64,000 bases of DNA. Origin: a bacterium (lineage in GTDB: Bacteria > Patescibacteriota > Minisyncoccia > UBA6257 > GWB1-50-10). Under the pieces are notes generated by a model. It ran no database searches. It saw only the letters and a program-made list of their open reading frames with translations, and was not told the origin of the DNA. Made by a program: the position numbers and the translations under genes. Numbering within the stretch: the stretch's first letter is position 1; every line of letters begins with the position of its first letter. Location of the stretch: positions 21,858 through 85,857 of the forward strand of contig JAUSKB010000011.1 of the NCBI GenBank assembly GCA_030647415.1. The letters run 5' to 3'. This document shows, piece by piece, positions 47,180-56,302 of this stretch.

Positions 47180-48383
47180 GCAATACTACTATATCATTAA
47201 AAATCAAATCGAGTGCCTCCTTTATTCCTTCTATATCCTTTTCGTGCGAGTAGTGCGCGATGATTTCTTTTGATCTTTTCCCGAAGTTTTCCACGCGCTC
47301 GCGACTCTCTACCAACTTCCTTATGCACTCGGCGAGCTCATCAATATTACCAAGCCGGAATATAAAACCGTTCTCATTTCTATGCACTAGATCCGATCCG
47401 CACCCCACGATATCGGAAACCACGACCGGGAGTCCGAAGCACATCGCTTCATTCACGACCAGTCCCCATGTCTCGCCGATTCCCGAAGGGAGCACAAACA
47501 CATCCGCCACGGCGTAGCATTCCGGGAGTTCTGACTGGTTTTTGAAACCCGCGAACCGGACGTTCTTTAAACCATGATCTTGAGCGTATGCTTCGAGTGT
47601 TTGTCTGAGTTCTCCATCGCCAACGAAGAGTAGGGAGGGGGTAATGGGTAAAGAGTAATGAGTAATGAGTAATTCGTAGGCCTGAAGCAGATCGAGGGGG
47701 CGTTTTTTTCCAATAAGCTTTCCGACGAAGAGAACGAGCGGATGATCCGGCAAAACGCCGAGTTTCTTTTTGAGTTCCGGTTTCTTTCCCACAAACGTCT
47801 TGGCTACTTCAATGTACCGATCGTTTTCGACGGCGTATGGGACAAAGAACAGCTTCTTTTTAGGCACACCATAATACTCATAGAATTTTCTATTCTCCTC
47901 GCCAATGTAGAGAAATCCCGAAACGCGGCGGAACAGCATGCCAAGAATAATTTTTTTTACCGCCCGTTTTCGCCCGCTCTTCAGGGATTCCTGATTCATC
48001 GGATTCTCGCCATGGAGAAGAACTGGGGTCCTGCGAAGAAAGGCGGTTGCAAATGCAAGCCAGTTTGTGAGCGAATTCCACCCATAGACGATTACCGCGT
48101 CATACTTCCCCTTCCACAAAGCCGGAATGATCCCGAGGTTTATCTGGCCAAGGAAGCTCGGACCTGGTTTTAATGAAAAATTTTTCGGGAATAAGTGGCG
48201 ATACCCCTCCGTAAGAATAATGTCCCACTCGATCGCGCACCCGAACTCCGGATCGAACATCTTTTTCGCACCGAAATCCCAGCAAAAGTAGACCGTGAGA
48301 TCGATGCCGGGCATGACCGCGAACTTTCGGAAAAGCGGCGCCTGGTATTGGATCACGTGCGAAGTAAGAATCGCGATTTTCAT
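47172..48383 (-). CDS. GT4 glycosyltransferase containing a heptanucleotide repeat tract.
   Basis: GETWGLVVNEAMCFGLPVV. A tract of five heptamers, G[GA]GTAA[TA] (three perfect GAGTAAT), lies at 47638-47672. Confidence 0.85.
   Translation of the reverse strand: MKIAILTSHVIQYQAPLFRKFAVMPGIDLTVYFCWDFGAKKMFDPEFGCAIEWDIILTEGYRHLFPKNFSLKPGPSFLGQINLGIIPALWKGKYDAVIVYGWNSLTNWLAFATAFLRRTPVLLHGENPMNQESLKSGRKRAVKKIILGMLFRRVSGFLYIGEENRKFYEYYGVPKKKLFFVPYAVENDRYIEVAKTFVGKKPELKKKLGVLPDHPLVLFVGKLIGKKRPLDLLQAYELLITHYSLPITPSLLFVGDGELRQTLEAYAQDHGLKNVRFAGFKNQSELPECYAVADVFVLPSGIGETWGLVVNEAMCFGLPVVVSDIVGCGSDLVHRNENGFIFRLGNIDELAECIRKLVESRERVENFGKRSKEIIAHYSHEKDIEGIKEALDLIFNDIVVLRE
47638..47672. repeat. Heptanucleotide tandem repeat (GGGTAAT GGGTAAA GAGTAAT GAGTAAT GAGTAAT) inside the GT4 CDS.
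   Basis: Read directly. The unit is not a multiple of 3. Confidence 0.6.
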
Positions 48384-49441
48384 GATGCGTATGCGGCCTC
48401 AATGAATTCCCGGATCCGCGCCTTACTCTTCTCGAGCCCGTACACTTCGAGTGTCCTCCGGCGGAGCGCCTCACCTTTCAAAAGCTTCGGCGCCGTACCC
48501 GATACAATCGAGATGATTGCACCCGCGATCGCACCGCGGTCATCCGGATCGACGAGAATACCTAACTCCCCGTTCGCGAACGCTTCATCACCGCACTCGC
48601 GGTTTCCACCCACGATAGGCGTTCCGCACGCGAGCGCTTCGAGCAATACAATTGCGGGAAACCCCTCCCCCTTCGAGGGAAGTACAAATACATCAGCAAG
48701 ATTGTAATACTCAACGAGCGCCTGATCTGGTACCGCGCCGGTAATCGTCACATGGTTTCTCAAATGCAAACGGTTGATCAGCGCCTCAACGCGCGGGCGG
48801 TCGTCACCGTCGCCCACGATGACGTACTTGATGTCGGGGATCCGCTCCCGAACCCTCGGCAAACTTTCGATGACCCGATCATATCCCTTTCCCCCTATCT
48901 CGAGCGATGAAAGGCGCGCGACGGTACAGATCACTTTTTCGCTTCCGATGCCAAGCGTCCGCTTCAATGCCTCCGGCTTCCCTGTAATATGGAACCGTTC
49001 GCCATCGACACTGTTCGGCAAAATAAACGATCGCCGTTCTACTTCGGGAAACTGCCGAAGAATATTTCCCATCGTCCACCGGAAAGGAGCGACAACGATA
49101 CGGGCGGTCCGCACGGCCCGACGCTTCAGGGGATCCGTGATGCGGACCGCTTCAACGCCATGAAGCTCGACGGTAAAAGGGATCCGCAAGAATACATGGA
49201 GGAAGTAGGCGACAACCGCAAAATTGATGTGGATACAGACTATGAGCGTCGGACGGAACACGAGCGCATTCCATACGAACGAGAGTGTGAAGTGAAGTTT
49301 CGCAAGCAAGCCACCGCGTTTCCGCTCGACGACCTTCAGTAGAATGCCCGCTTCCTGGATAACGCCACTGATCTTTTTCGCGACATTTTGGATGCCGCCG
49401 ATTGTCTCCATATCCGGAACGGCAAATAAAATCTTTTTCAT
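48380..49441 (-). CDS. GT4 glycosyltransferase.
   Basis: KGEGFPAIVLLEALACGTPIV. Confidence 0.85.
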   Translation of the reverse strand: MKKILFAVPDMETIGGIQNVAKKISGVIQEAGILLKVVERKRGGLLAKLHFTLSFVWNALVFRPTLIVCIHINFAVVAYFLHVFLRIPFTVELHGVEAVRITDPLKRRAVRTARIVVAPFRWTMGNILRQFPEVERRSFILPNSVDGERFHITGKPEALKRTLGIGSEKVICTVARLSSLEIGGKGYDRVIESLPRVRERIPDIKYVIVGDGDDRPRVEALINRLHLRNHVTITGAVPDQALVEYYNLADVFVLPSKGEGFPAIVLLEALACGTPIVGGNRECGDEAFANGELGILVDPDDRGAIAGAIISIVSGTAPKLLKGEALRRRTLEVYGLEKSKARIREFIEAAYAS

Positions 49442-49460
49442 TGATGAAAATTCAGGGATG

Positions 49461-50381
49461 TTACCGCTTCGAGAGCGTTGACACGAGAAATACGCCCATG
49501 TGAAGCGCGCCGGTAAGGAACCGGTTCAGCGAGAGCGGGAAGTGCCGAAGCGCCACATCTTTGAGGCGGCCTCCAGGCAAAAGAATTAGGTCGGCGCATG
49601 GACCGCGCACTTCGATCTTTTTTTCGAGAAAGAGGGGGGCCATGAGCGCGCGCCATTCGGAAATGGTGTAGTACCGCGCGAGCGCGCCGTCGGTGTTCAT
49701 TTGGATTGACTTACTCAAGGAACGAAATTTGAATAACTTTCCAGAAATAATACCGCGGAGCAGTCCTGTCACGTAGTAGTTCCACCATCCACGGTGATAA
49801 ACCATCAGAACCGCGGTTCCACCGGGACGAAGTATTCGATGTATCTCATCAAGAATCCTCTTCGTGTTCGCGGAGTGATGTATGACGCCCCAACTCCAGA
49901 CGAAGTCGAAGCTTCCATCGCGAAATTCAAGCTTTTCCGCATCCATCCTCTTAATATCCGCCGTGAGCCCGAAAACACTCATCCTCTTTTTCGTCGCCTG
50001 AACCGCATAATCCGTGAGATCAATACCCGCGAAGGTTTTTGCGTGGGACGCCAAAAGTTGTGCGTGACTCCCGTTCCCCACCCCGATTTCCAGAACATCC
50101 TTCGTTCCCAGATCTGAAAAGTGAATGAACTCGTTGAATGGTAATTCGGAGTCGCGCCGCAAATACTCTCGAGCGTTCGAAAAAAAACTCTTGTCAATTT
50201 CAATAAAAAACTCTTTTGTAAACTCACGGTACTGATTCGCGCGATTCCAATCGTACCGCATAGGGTTACGCTCCCACCAGCTTCGGTTTGCGTGCTGCCA
50301 TTCAGAAGCTTGCGTAGGTGAAACCGGCAAGGATGTTGGGGCTGTAAAATCCTTTACATTCCCCTCATTAAAATTCTTCAT
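49461..50381 (-). CDS. Class I SAM-dependent methyltransferase.
   Basis: VLEIGVGNGSHA ... LRPGGTAVL. The internal ATG (MKNFNEG) is preferred. The track N-terminal extension is Arg/Ser-rich junk. Confidence 0.7.
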   Translation of the reverse strand: MKNFNEGNVKDFTAPTSLPVSPTQASEWQHANRSWWERNPMRYDWNRANQYREFTKEFFIEIDKSFFSNAREYLRRDSELPFNEFIHFSDLGTKDVLEIGVGNGSHAQLLASHAKTFAGIDLTDYAVQATKKRMSVFGLTADIKRMDAEKLEFRDGSFDFVWSWGVIHHSANTKRILDEIHRILRPGGTAVLMVYHRGWWNYYVTGLLRGIISGKLFKFRSLSKSIQMNTDGALARYYTISEWRALMAPLFLEKKIEVRGPCADLILLPGGRLKDVALRHFPLSLNRFLTGALHMGVFLVSTLSKR

Positions 50382-50439
50382 GCTCTTGATGTTATTATAC
50401 CGCAAACTGCCGAATACCCCGACTGAAACATAGGCATAA

Positions 50440-52323
50440 TCACTGCCATGTGCTTGCAATAGTAGCCGCCCACAGGCGCGACCAGTGGAGATCTCCTGCC
50501 TTGAAGCGGCGGAGGAGTTCCTTGCCATGGGCAGTCGCGAGCAACGGGCGAAACGCGTTATGCTCACCCACCACCGACGCGAGCCACTCGGCGAACGGGA
50601 AGGTGAATCCCATCTTCGGCCGCTGAAACACCTCCCGGGGCACGATATCCCTGACCGCCTCGACAAGGAGGGGCTTATTCACCCCGCCGCGCGGGAACTT
50701 GAGGTCTGCCGGGAGCGAGGCGAGGTACTCGACGAGCGGGTGGTCGAGGAAGGGCACCCGGACCTCGACCGAGTGGTGCATCGCCATGAAGTCGGTGTCT
50801 TTGAGGAGCTGGGATTCGAGATAGCTCTTCAATTCAAGATACGAGTGCGTGTCGGCTGGGTGAAGCGATTCGAGCACCTGGAGCTCGTGGCCTCCGGGAA
50901 CGAGCGATGCCGCGATATCCTCGACCACCGCCAACACCTCCGCTTCGTGCACGCCGAGAAGGGTCGCCGCTTCGCGCGGCGTGAAGAGCCCCCGGACCGT
51001 GAGATACTCGCCGATGAGGTCGCCCCGCATGAGGTACGATGCCTTAGGCGTCCGGCGGCCGAGCATCGCATGAGACGTCGCGAGCGACCGGAGCGCCGCG
51101 GGGAGGTGTGACACGAACCGGAGCGCTCTCGCCTTTCGGAAAGCAGGGTAGCCGAAGAATATCTCATCGCTCCCGAGGCCCGAGAGGACTGCCTTTAATC
51201 CTGCGGCCTTCGCTGCGCCGGCGATGAAGAAGGTGTTCACGCCGTCCACCGTCGGCTGGTCCATCGCTCCGAGCGCCTCGTCGAGCTCACCCATAAAATC
51301 GGCACGGCGGATGCGCGACTCCCGATGGTCGGTCTTCAGCCACCCCGCGACGCGGTCCTGGTAGAGCTTCTCGGAATATGCCGGCTCGTCAAAATTAACC
51401 GAAAGTGTGGTAACCGGTTTCGCGCGACCATGCGCCGCAAGTGCCGTAATCGCTGACGAATCAAGCCCGCCCGAAAGAAAGATGCCGAGCGGCGCGTCGG
51501 AGACGAGGTGGCTTCCGACCGCATCCGAGAGCAGCCGCCGCACCTCATGGGTCGCTTCGGCGAACGAGACGTCCCGTTTCCTCGTGAATGCCTCGAGCGG
51601 GTCGTAGTACCGAACGGTACGGATGGTGCCATCCACTCGCCGCTCCAGGTACGACCCCGACGGCACCGCAGAGACAGCGCGGAGCGTCGTCCAAGGCGAA
51701 GGCACCGACCCGGTGAGGAGAAACCCAATGAGCGCACGGGGGTCCCGTTCCGCCGGCACGAGACCGCTTTCGGCGAGCGCGCCGACGGTCGATGCGAACA
51801 CCACCTGATTGGGCGTTGCCGCGTAGTAGAGGGGTTTGATGCCATACCGGTCCCGAACGAGGTAGAGCATCTGATTTCGAGAATCCCACAGCGCAAATGC
51901 AAACATGCCACGGAGCTTCGAGAATGAAGCGACTCCTTCCCGCGCGAAGAGCGTGAGAATCACCTCCGTGTCGGTTTCCGTGTTGAATCGCTCACCGCGA
52001 GCCACGAGCTCCGCGCGAAGTTCGCGAAAATTGTATATCTCGCCGTTAAAGGTGATAGAAAGAATGCCCCCGGGAATCGAACGTTCCATGGGCTGATGGC
52101 CGGCGGAAGAGAGGTCGATGATGGAAAGCCGACGGTGCCCCAGCACCACTTCGCCTGTCCTGAGCGAAGCCGAAGGACCGCCGCCATTCGCAAGTGGATA
52201 GCTCGCAATCCCCTCGTCATCGGGTCCGCGCCGGACCTGCCGCGCGTTCATCGCCCGAACCGCGCGCTCAATCAATGCGCGGTCGCCCGCCCGAGTCGCT
52301 AGTATGCCGCTGATGCCGCACAT
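50440..52323 (-). CDS. asnB: Asparagine synthase (glutamine-hydrolysing) family amidotransferase.
   Basis: N-terminal MCGI (nucleophile Cys2), and SGGLDSS (PP-loop). Confidence 0.9.
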   Translation of the reverse strand: MCGISGILATRAGDRALIERAVRAMNARQVRRGPDDEGIASYPLANGGGPSASLRTGEVVLGHRRLSIIDLSSAGHQPMERSIPGGILSITFNGEIYNFRELRAELVARGERFNTETDTEVILTLFAREGVASFSKLRGMFAFALWDSRNQMLYLVRDRYGIKPLYYAATPNQVVFASTVGALAESGLVPAERDPRALIGFLLTGSVPSPWTTLRAVSAVPSGSYLERRVDGTIRTVRYYDPLEAFTRKRDVSFAEATHEVRRLLSDAVGSHLVSDAPLGIFLSGGLDSSAITALAAHGRAKPVTTLSVNFDEPAYSEKLYQDRVAGWLKTDHRESRIRRADFMGELDEALGAMDQPTVDGVNTFFIAGAAKAAGLKAVLSGLGSDEIFFGYPAFRKARALRFVSHLPAALRSLATSHAMLGRRTPKASYLMRGDLIGEYLTVRGLFTPREAATLLGVHEAEVLAVVEDIAASLVPGGHELQVLESLHPADTHSYLELKSYLESQLLKDTDFMAMHHSVEVRVPFLDHPLVEYLASLPADLKFPRGGVNKPLLVEAVRDIVPREVFQRPKMGFTFPFAEWLASVVGEHNAFRPLLATAHGKELLRRFKAGDLHWSRLWAATIASTWQ

Positions 52324-52586
52324 TTACCCTGTTAGAATTTTGCAGACATACTCGACTGATGAAAACAGATGTTTGTGTAGCAGGTCAGTGTCCAAAAATT
52401 TGAGTGTGTGCAAAATTCTAACAGGGTGAACCGCATTAGAGTTTTACACATAGACAGTTTCATAAAGATACGTCTTCTAAACCACAAACAATGTTTCATT
52501 CTTTTTCGAGTGTTTGTAAAACTCTAACAGGATAAACCACCGTTGAGTTTTGTACATCCCAGCGACATCTCTAACAGGGTGAATCC
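52324..52586. promoter_or_regulatory. Cluster of the same inverted and direct repeat motif seen at 9142-9267. It lies upstream of asnB.
   Basis: TTACCCTGTTAGAATTTTGCA (52324-44, reverse complement), TGCAAAATTCTAACAGGGTGAACC (52409-32), TGTTTGTAAAACTCTAACAGGATAAACC (52511-38), GACATCTCTAACAGGGTGAATCC (52564-86), and the reverse-complement partner TTAGAGTTTTACACA (52435-50). Confidence 0.5.
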
Positions 52587-53900
52587 CTACTGCCTTGGCG
52601 TCCCCGACGCCGATGGAGACGGGGACGTGTAATGAAACAGTGTGTAGAGTTTGGTAAACGGAATAAATTGTACGGTTGTGTCGTTAATTTTCATTTTACC
52701 CTCATCGCCAAGATGAACAACCAACGCCTTTTGGGGGGCGTATTTCCTGATAAAACTTCTCATGGAGCGCTCAACTGAAGGCGTAGTAATATTTTTATAT
52801 TTCACCTCAATCGGAATGATTTCGCCATCTAATTCGGCGATAATATCAACCTCCGCGCCATCCTTCGATCTCCAAAAACGAGTATCCCCTCCGCTTGATT
52901 GCGTACCGATATGCCTCAATTCATTCGCGATGAAGTTTTGAAATAGAAATCCTCCATCGTTGCTTGAAAGAGTTCTCCCAAAAATACCGCGCGCATAATT
53001 CCGTAACCCGATATCATTGAAATAAATGAGTGGTGATTTAGTGATCTCTTTTCGCGTGTTGCGAAAATACGGATACGCGCGGCGAATCACAAATGTTTTT
53101 TCCGCATACGCGATATAGTTTTTTATCGTGGGAAGAGATATGCCCAGCGTGGAAGAAAGCTCCGTATAATGAACCATATTCCCCGTCTGTTCCGCAAATA
53201 TCTTAATCAATCCTCGAAACGCGTCTATCCGCTCCACATGAAGCAGGTATGAAATATCTCGCTCGATATAACTTTCAAATATTTCGTTTATCACTCGTTC
53301 CTTCTCCCGCGATTCGTCTTCGGTAATAACACGGGGATATCCTCCAAATTGCATATATTCCTGCAGGAATTTTTCGGTGTGTGTTTTTTCAATTTTGAAA
53401 AATTCATCCAGGCGCCCCTCGTACCGATTTTCTGTTTTGAAATTCACAAATTCGCCGAACGAAACCGGGGTCATTTCAAATACGCGCTTTCTCCCCAGAA
53501 GCGATTCGTGTATTTTTTCTTTTAATTCCAAGCTCCCTGATCCTGAAACGATAAATTTATATGGAAGACCCATATCGTACAACCCCTTCAAAAACAATCC
53601 TGCATTTTCTTTTCTTTGAATCTCATCAATAAATACGTACCCGGTATGTTTCCCGAACTCAAGCATGAGTTTTTTTACGAGTGATTCTTGAGAGTCAAAA
53701 AATATTCTGTCGGATTCTACATCAAGATTGAGCCAAACCGTCCGTTCTCCGCGGGAGCGCAGCATATCATCAAGCATACGCATTAGTGTCGTCTTCCCAA
53801 CTTGACGGGCGCCAACAATAAGCGAAATTTCCTTTGCGGAAAGATGCTTTTTCAATAATTCAAATATAGTACGCTTGATAACCGAGTTTTTCAAAACCAT
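52587..53900 (-). CDS. AAA+ superfamily ATPase (AAA_14 with a DUF4143 C-terminal domain). Low-GC gene.
   Basis: Walker A GARQVGKTTL and Walker B VFIDEIQ. AT-rich compared with the cluster. Confidence 0.8.
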   Translation of the reverse strand: MVLKNSVIKRTIFELLKKHLSAKEISLIVGARQVGKTTLMRMLDDMLRSRGERTVWLNLDVESDRIFFDSQESLVKKLMLEFGKHTGYVFIDEIQRKENAGLFLKGLYDMGLPYKFIVSGSGSLELKEKIHESLLGRKRVFEMTPVSFGEFVNFKTENRYEGRLDEFFKIEKTHTEKFLQEYMQFGGYPRVITEDESREKERVINEIFESYIERDISYLLHVERIDAFRGLIKIFAEQTGNMVHYTELSSTLGISLPTIKNYIAYAEKTFVIRRAYPYFRNTRKEITKSPLIYFNDIGLRNYARGIFGRTLSSNDGGFLFQNFIANELRHIGTQSSGGDTRFWRSKDGAEVDIIAELDGEIIPIEVKYKNITTPSVERSMRSFIRKYAPQKALVVHLGDEGKMKINDTTVQFIPFTKLYTLFHYTSPSPSASGTPRQ

Positions 53901-53997
53901 CTCTCAATTTTAGCCCGAGATTTCTACAAGTCAACATCCATTGGTTTTAGCCCATGACTGCGACAATTTAAACATATTCGTATCATTTATACCTATT

Positions 53998-54020
53998 AAT
54001 CGTATCATATTGATACGATT
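53998..54020. promoter_or_regulatory. Palindrome AATCGTATCAtatTGATACGATT of 23 bp. It sits upstream of the ATPase gene and downstream of 54050..54682.
   Basis: The 10-bp arms are perfect. A direct repeat CGTATCAT lies nearby. Confidence 0.35.
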
Positions 54021-54049
54021 ACAAGGACATGCATTCGACGCAATCCTTC

Positions 54050-54682
54050 CTACAGCGTCGTGGTTGCCGACGAAGGGGCTTCCCGTGCCTTGAGCAGGGC
54101 GTTCCCCACGTCGGTCGCGGTCGGCCAGTACCGCACTATTTCATTACCAATCTCCTCTGCCTTCGCCGTGTCACCGTGCGCGCCGTACAGGTTCAGGAGG
54201 CCGAAGAGCACCGGCGGGAGCTTGGGACCGATGGCGTACGCGTCTCGGTAATACCGTTCTGCGGTTACATAATCCTCGTCCTTCTGAAACCGTTGCCAGA
54301 GCGTCGCGTGGAGCTGGGCGATTGCAAGAAGATGCCGAACATTATTATGAAACGCGTACTGTTCGATATACCTGACCAATTCGCGTGAGACCTCCTCCGG
54401 CTGGCGAGGATTCGATATCATGTTCAGCACATCGTATGAGGCGAACTTCGCAAGCTCCTCACCGCCGACGGGCGAAGGAATTTTGAATGCTCGGTCGTAT
54501 CCGGCGATGACCTCGGTGAGCGATTTTGCAGTCTGGAGGTTCCGGATGGCATTGATGTAGGCGCTCGACTTCCGGAACGGCAGGTAGACGCCGTAGACGA
54601 GCGAGAAAACTGCGGCGGCGATACCGAGGGCAGGGAGAAAACGACGGAGGAAAAAGGAAAAAGGAAAAAAGAAACGAGACAT
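54050..54682 (-). CDS. Hypothetical membrane-anchored protein.
   Basis: An N-terminal TM helix. No recognised family. Confidence 0.45.
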   Translation of the reverse strand: MSRFFFPFSFFLRRFLPALGIAAAVFSLVYGVYLPFRKSSAYINAIRNLQTAKSLTEVIAGYDRAFKIPSPVGGEELAKFASYDVLNMISNPRQPEEVSRELVRYIEQYAFHNNVRHLLAIAQLHATLWQRFQKDEDYVTAERYYRDAYAIGPKLPPVLFGLLNLYGAHGDTAKAEEIGNEIVRYWPTATDVGNALLKAREAPSSATTTL

Positions 54683-54728
54683 GGGGGTGGTTAGAGGATA
54701 AAAGACAAAAGATAAAAGAAAAAGTGAG

Positions 54729-56123
54729 TTACGCGGCCTGTTTCAGTGGGTTTCCTCCTTTTTCTTTTATCTCTTTTCTTTTTTCATCCTGAATCCTAGT
54801 CACGTACGCCCCGCCGAGTGCGAGGAAAAAGAAGAGGTTGTATGAGATGGGGAGCACATCAAAGAGAACAACGCCCTGCACCAAATAGGCGACGGCAAGG
54901 CCGATGAGGATACTCTCTTCCGTGAGTAATCGCCTGGTAAGCTCAATCTTCCGTGTGCGGAAAAACTGCCAAAAGAACACCACGAACATGCCGAGGTAGC
55001 TTACGAGCCCGAGCGCGCCGGTTTCAACAAGGTAGTCGAAAATGATGCTATGCGCGCGGTCGAACCAGGCGCCAAACGGATTGCCGGGCACGTAGTAGGC
55101 TGTGTCGAAGTGCCGGTCAAAGACCTGAATGTAGTTCTCTGGTCCCCAACCGAGGACCGGACGGTCAAGAAACCCGCGGTAGGCAACACCCCACATGATG
55201 CCTCGCGTCTGGAAGGTCTCGGCGCCGATCGAGATATCAAAGATGCGCGAGATGGGAAGGGATTGGATGAACTGCGTTTGGCGGAACTGCACCGCCACGA
55301 CGAGTAGCACGATAAGAAGCGCGCCACCGGCAAGCAACCGCTTCCGCCATGCCCGGTGGAACCATGCAAAGTAGGCGATGGCGACCGCCGCCGCGACGAC
55401 GAGCGCCACGAGCGCACCGCGCGTCTTTGAGAAGAAGAGAACGGCGATAAAACCCGCGCCGAGAAGCCCGACAAAAAAACTTCCGAGCGAAAGTAGCTTC
55501 CGTTCCCGGTACCGAGCGTGCAACAGGTACGCTAAATATCCCAGAAAGAATATACAGAGCGCCCCGACATACGCGGGATTGCCGATGGAACCCTGGAACC
55601 GGAAACCTGAACCTGATTCCGCAAGCGTTGCGCCCACAAATCCCTGGTACCCATACGCCGCAAAAAAACCGTACACCACCATAAGCACCCCGCCCGCGAC
55701 GACCCACCGGAGCATGCGGCGCCAGTCTTCCGTGCTCGCGAGGAGTGAAGATAAAAGAAAAAAGAAAAGGGACAGATGTAAAACTTGCAGACCGCCCTCG
55801 CCACGCTCGAAGTTGGACCAGAAGGATGCGGCGGGGTCGACCCCAAAAAGTCCTGCAAGAATAAAGAAAAATGAAAAAAGAATAACGGAAATCCCGATAG
55901 GAGAAACGAGTGTCGCCCGGAGACGGGCGAGGTATGGCTTTGCGGCTTCGTGGTTCGCGAGCACGCCGATACAAAAAAGCCCGAGCGAGATTGCCACCGA
56001 CCCCCGGAACCAGGCGTACTTCCCCACGATAAACGGGAAGAGTGTCGAGGGTACCACAATAGCGACGAAGAGCGCCGAGAGGCGGAGGAAGAAAGCGGAG
56101 AGTTTAAACCAACTCATATTCAT
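54729..56123 (-). CDS. O-antigen ligase / Wzy_C-family polytopic membrane protein, a candidate O-oligosaccharyltransferase or polymerase.
   Basis: About 10 TM helices and a Wzy_C-like loop (FSKTRGALVALVVA...). A paralog lies immediately upstream. Confidence 0.7.
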   Translation of the reverse strand: MNMSWFKLSAFFLRLSALFVAIVVPSTLFPFIVGKYAWFRGSVAISLGLFCIGVLANHEAAKPYLARLRATLVSPIGISVILFSFFFILAGLFGVDPAASFWSNFERGEGGLQVLHLSLFFFLLSSLLASTEDWRRMLRWVVAGGVLMVVYGFFAAYGYQGFVGATLAESGSGFRFQGSIGNPAYVGALCIFFLGYLAYLLHARYRERKLLSLGSFFVGLLGAGFIAVLFFSKTRGALVALVVAAAVAIAYFAWFHRAWRKRLLAGGALLIVLLVVAVQFRQTQFIQSLPISRIFDISIGAETFQTRGIMWGVAYRGFLDRPVLGWGPENYIQVFDRHFDTAYYVPGNPFGAWFDRAHSIIFDYLVETGALGLVSYLGMFVVFFWQFFRTRKIELTRRLLTEESILIGLAVAYLVQGVVLFDVLPISYNLFFFLALGGAYVTRIQDEKRKEIKEKGGNPLKQAA

Positions 56124-56302
56124 TGTTTGAGCGTCTGGGTAAGTATACCTATTTTCTTCACGGGTTACTAATTTCTAATTCCTAATTCATAATTTCCAAT
56201 GAAATTCCCAATTCCCAAAACTTTGGCTCGAAAGATGGGGATTGGAAATTAGAAATTGTCCGCCTGAGGCGGATCCGCCTTCGGCGGAGGATTTGGAAAT
56301 TA

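Noticed and set aside
55237-56130. Long ORFs (55237..55974 minus, 55378..56130 plus) over the O-antigen ligase gene.
   Set aside because: Shadow frames. Arg/Pro-rich low complexity.
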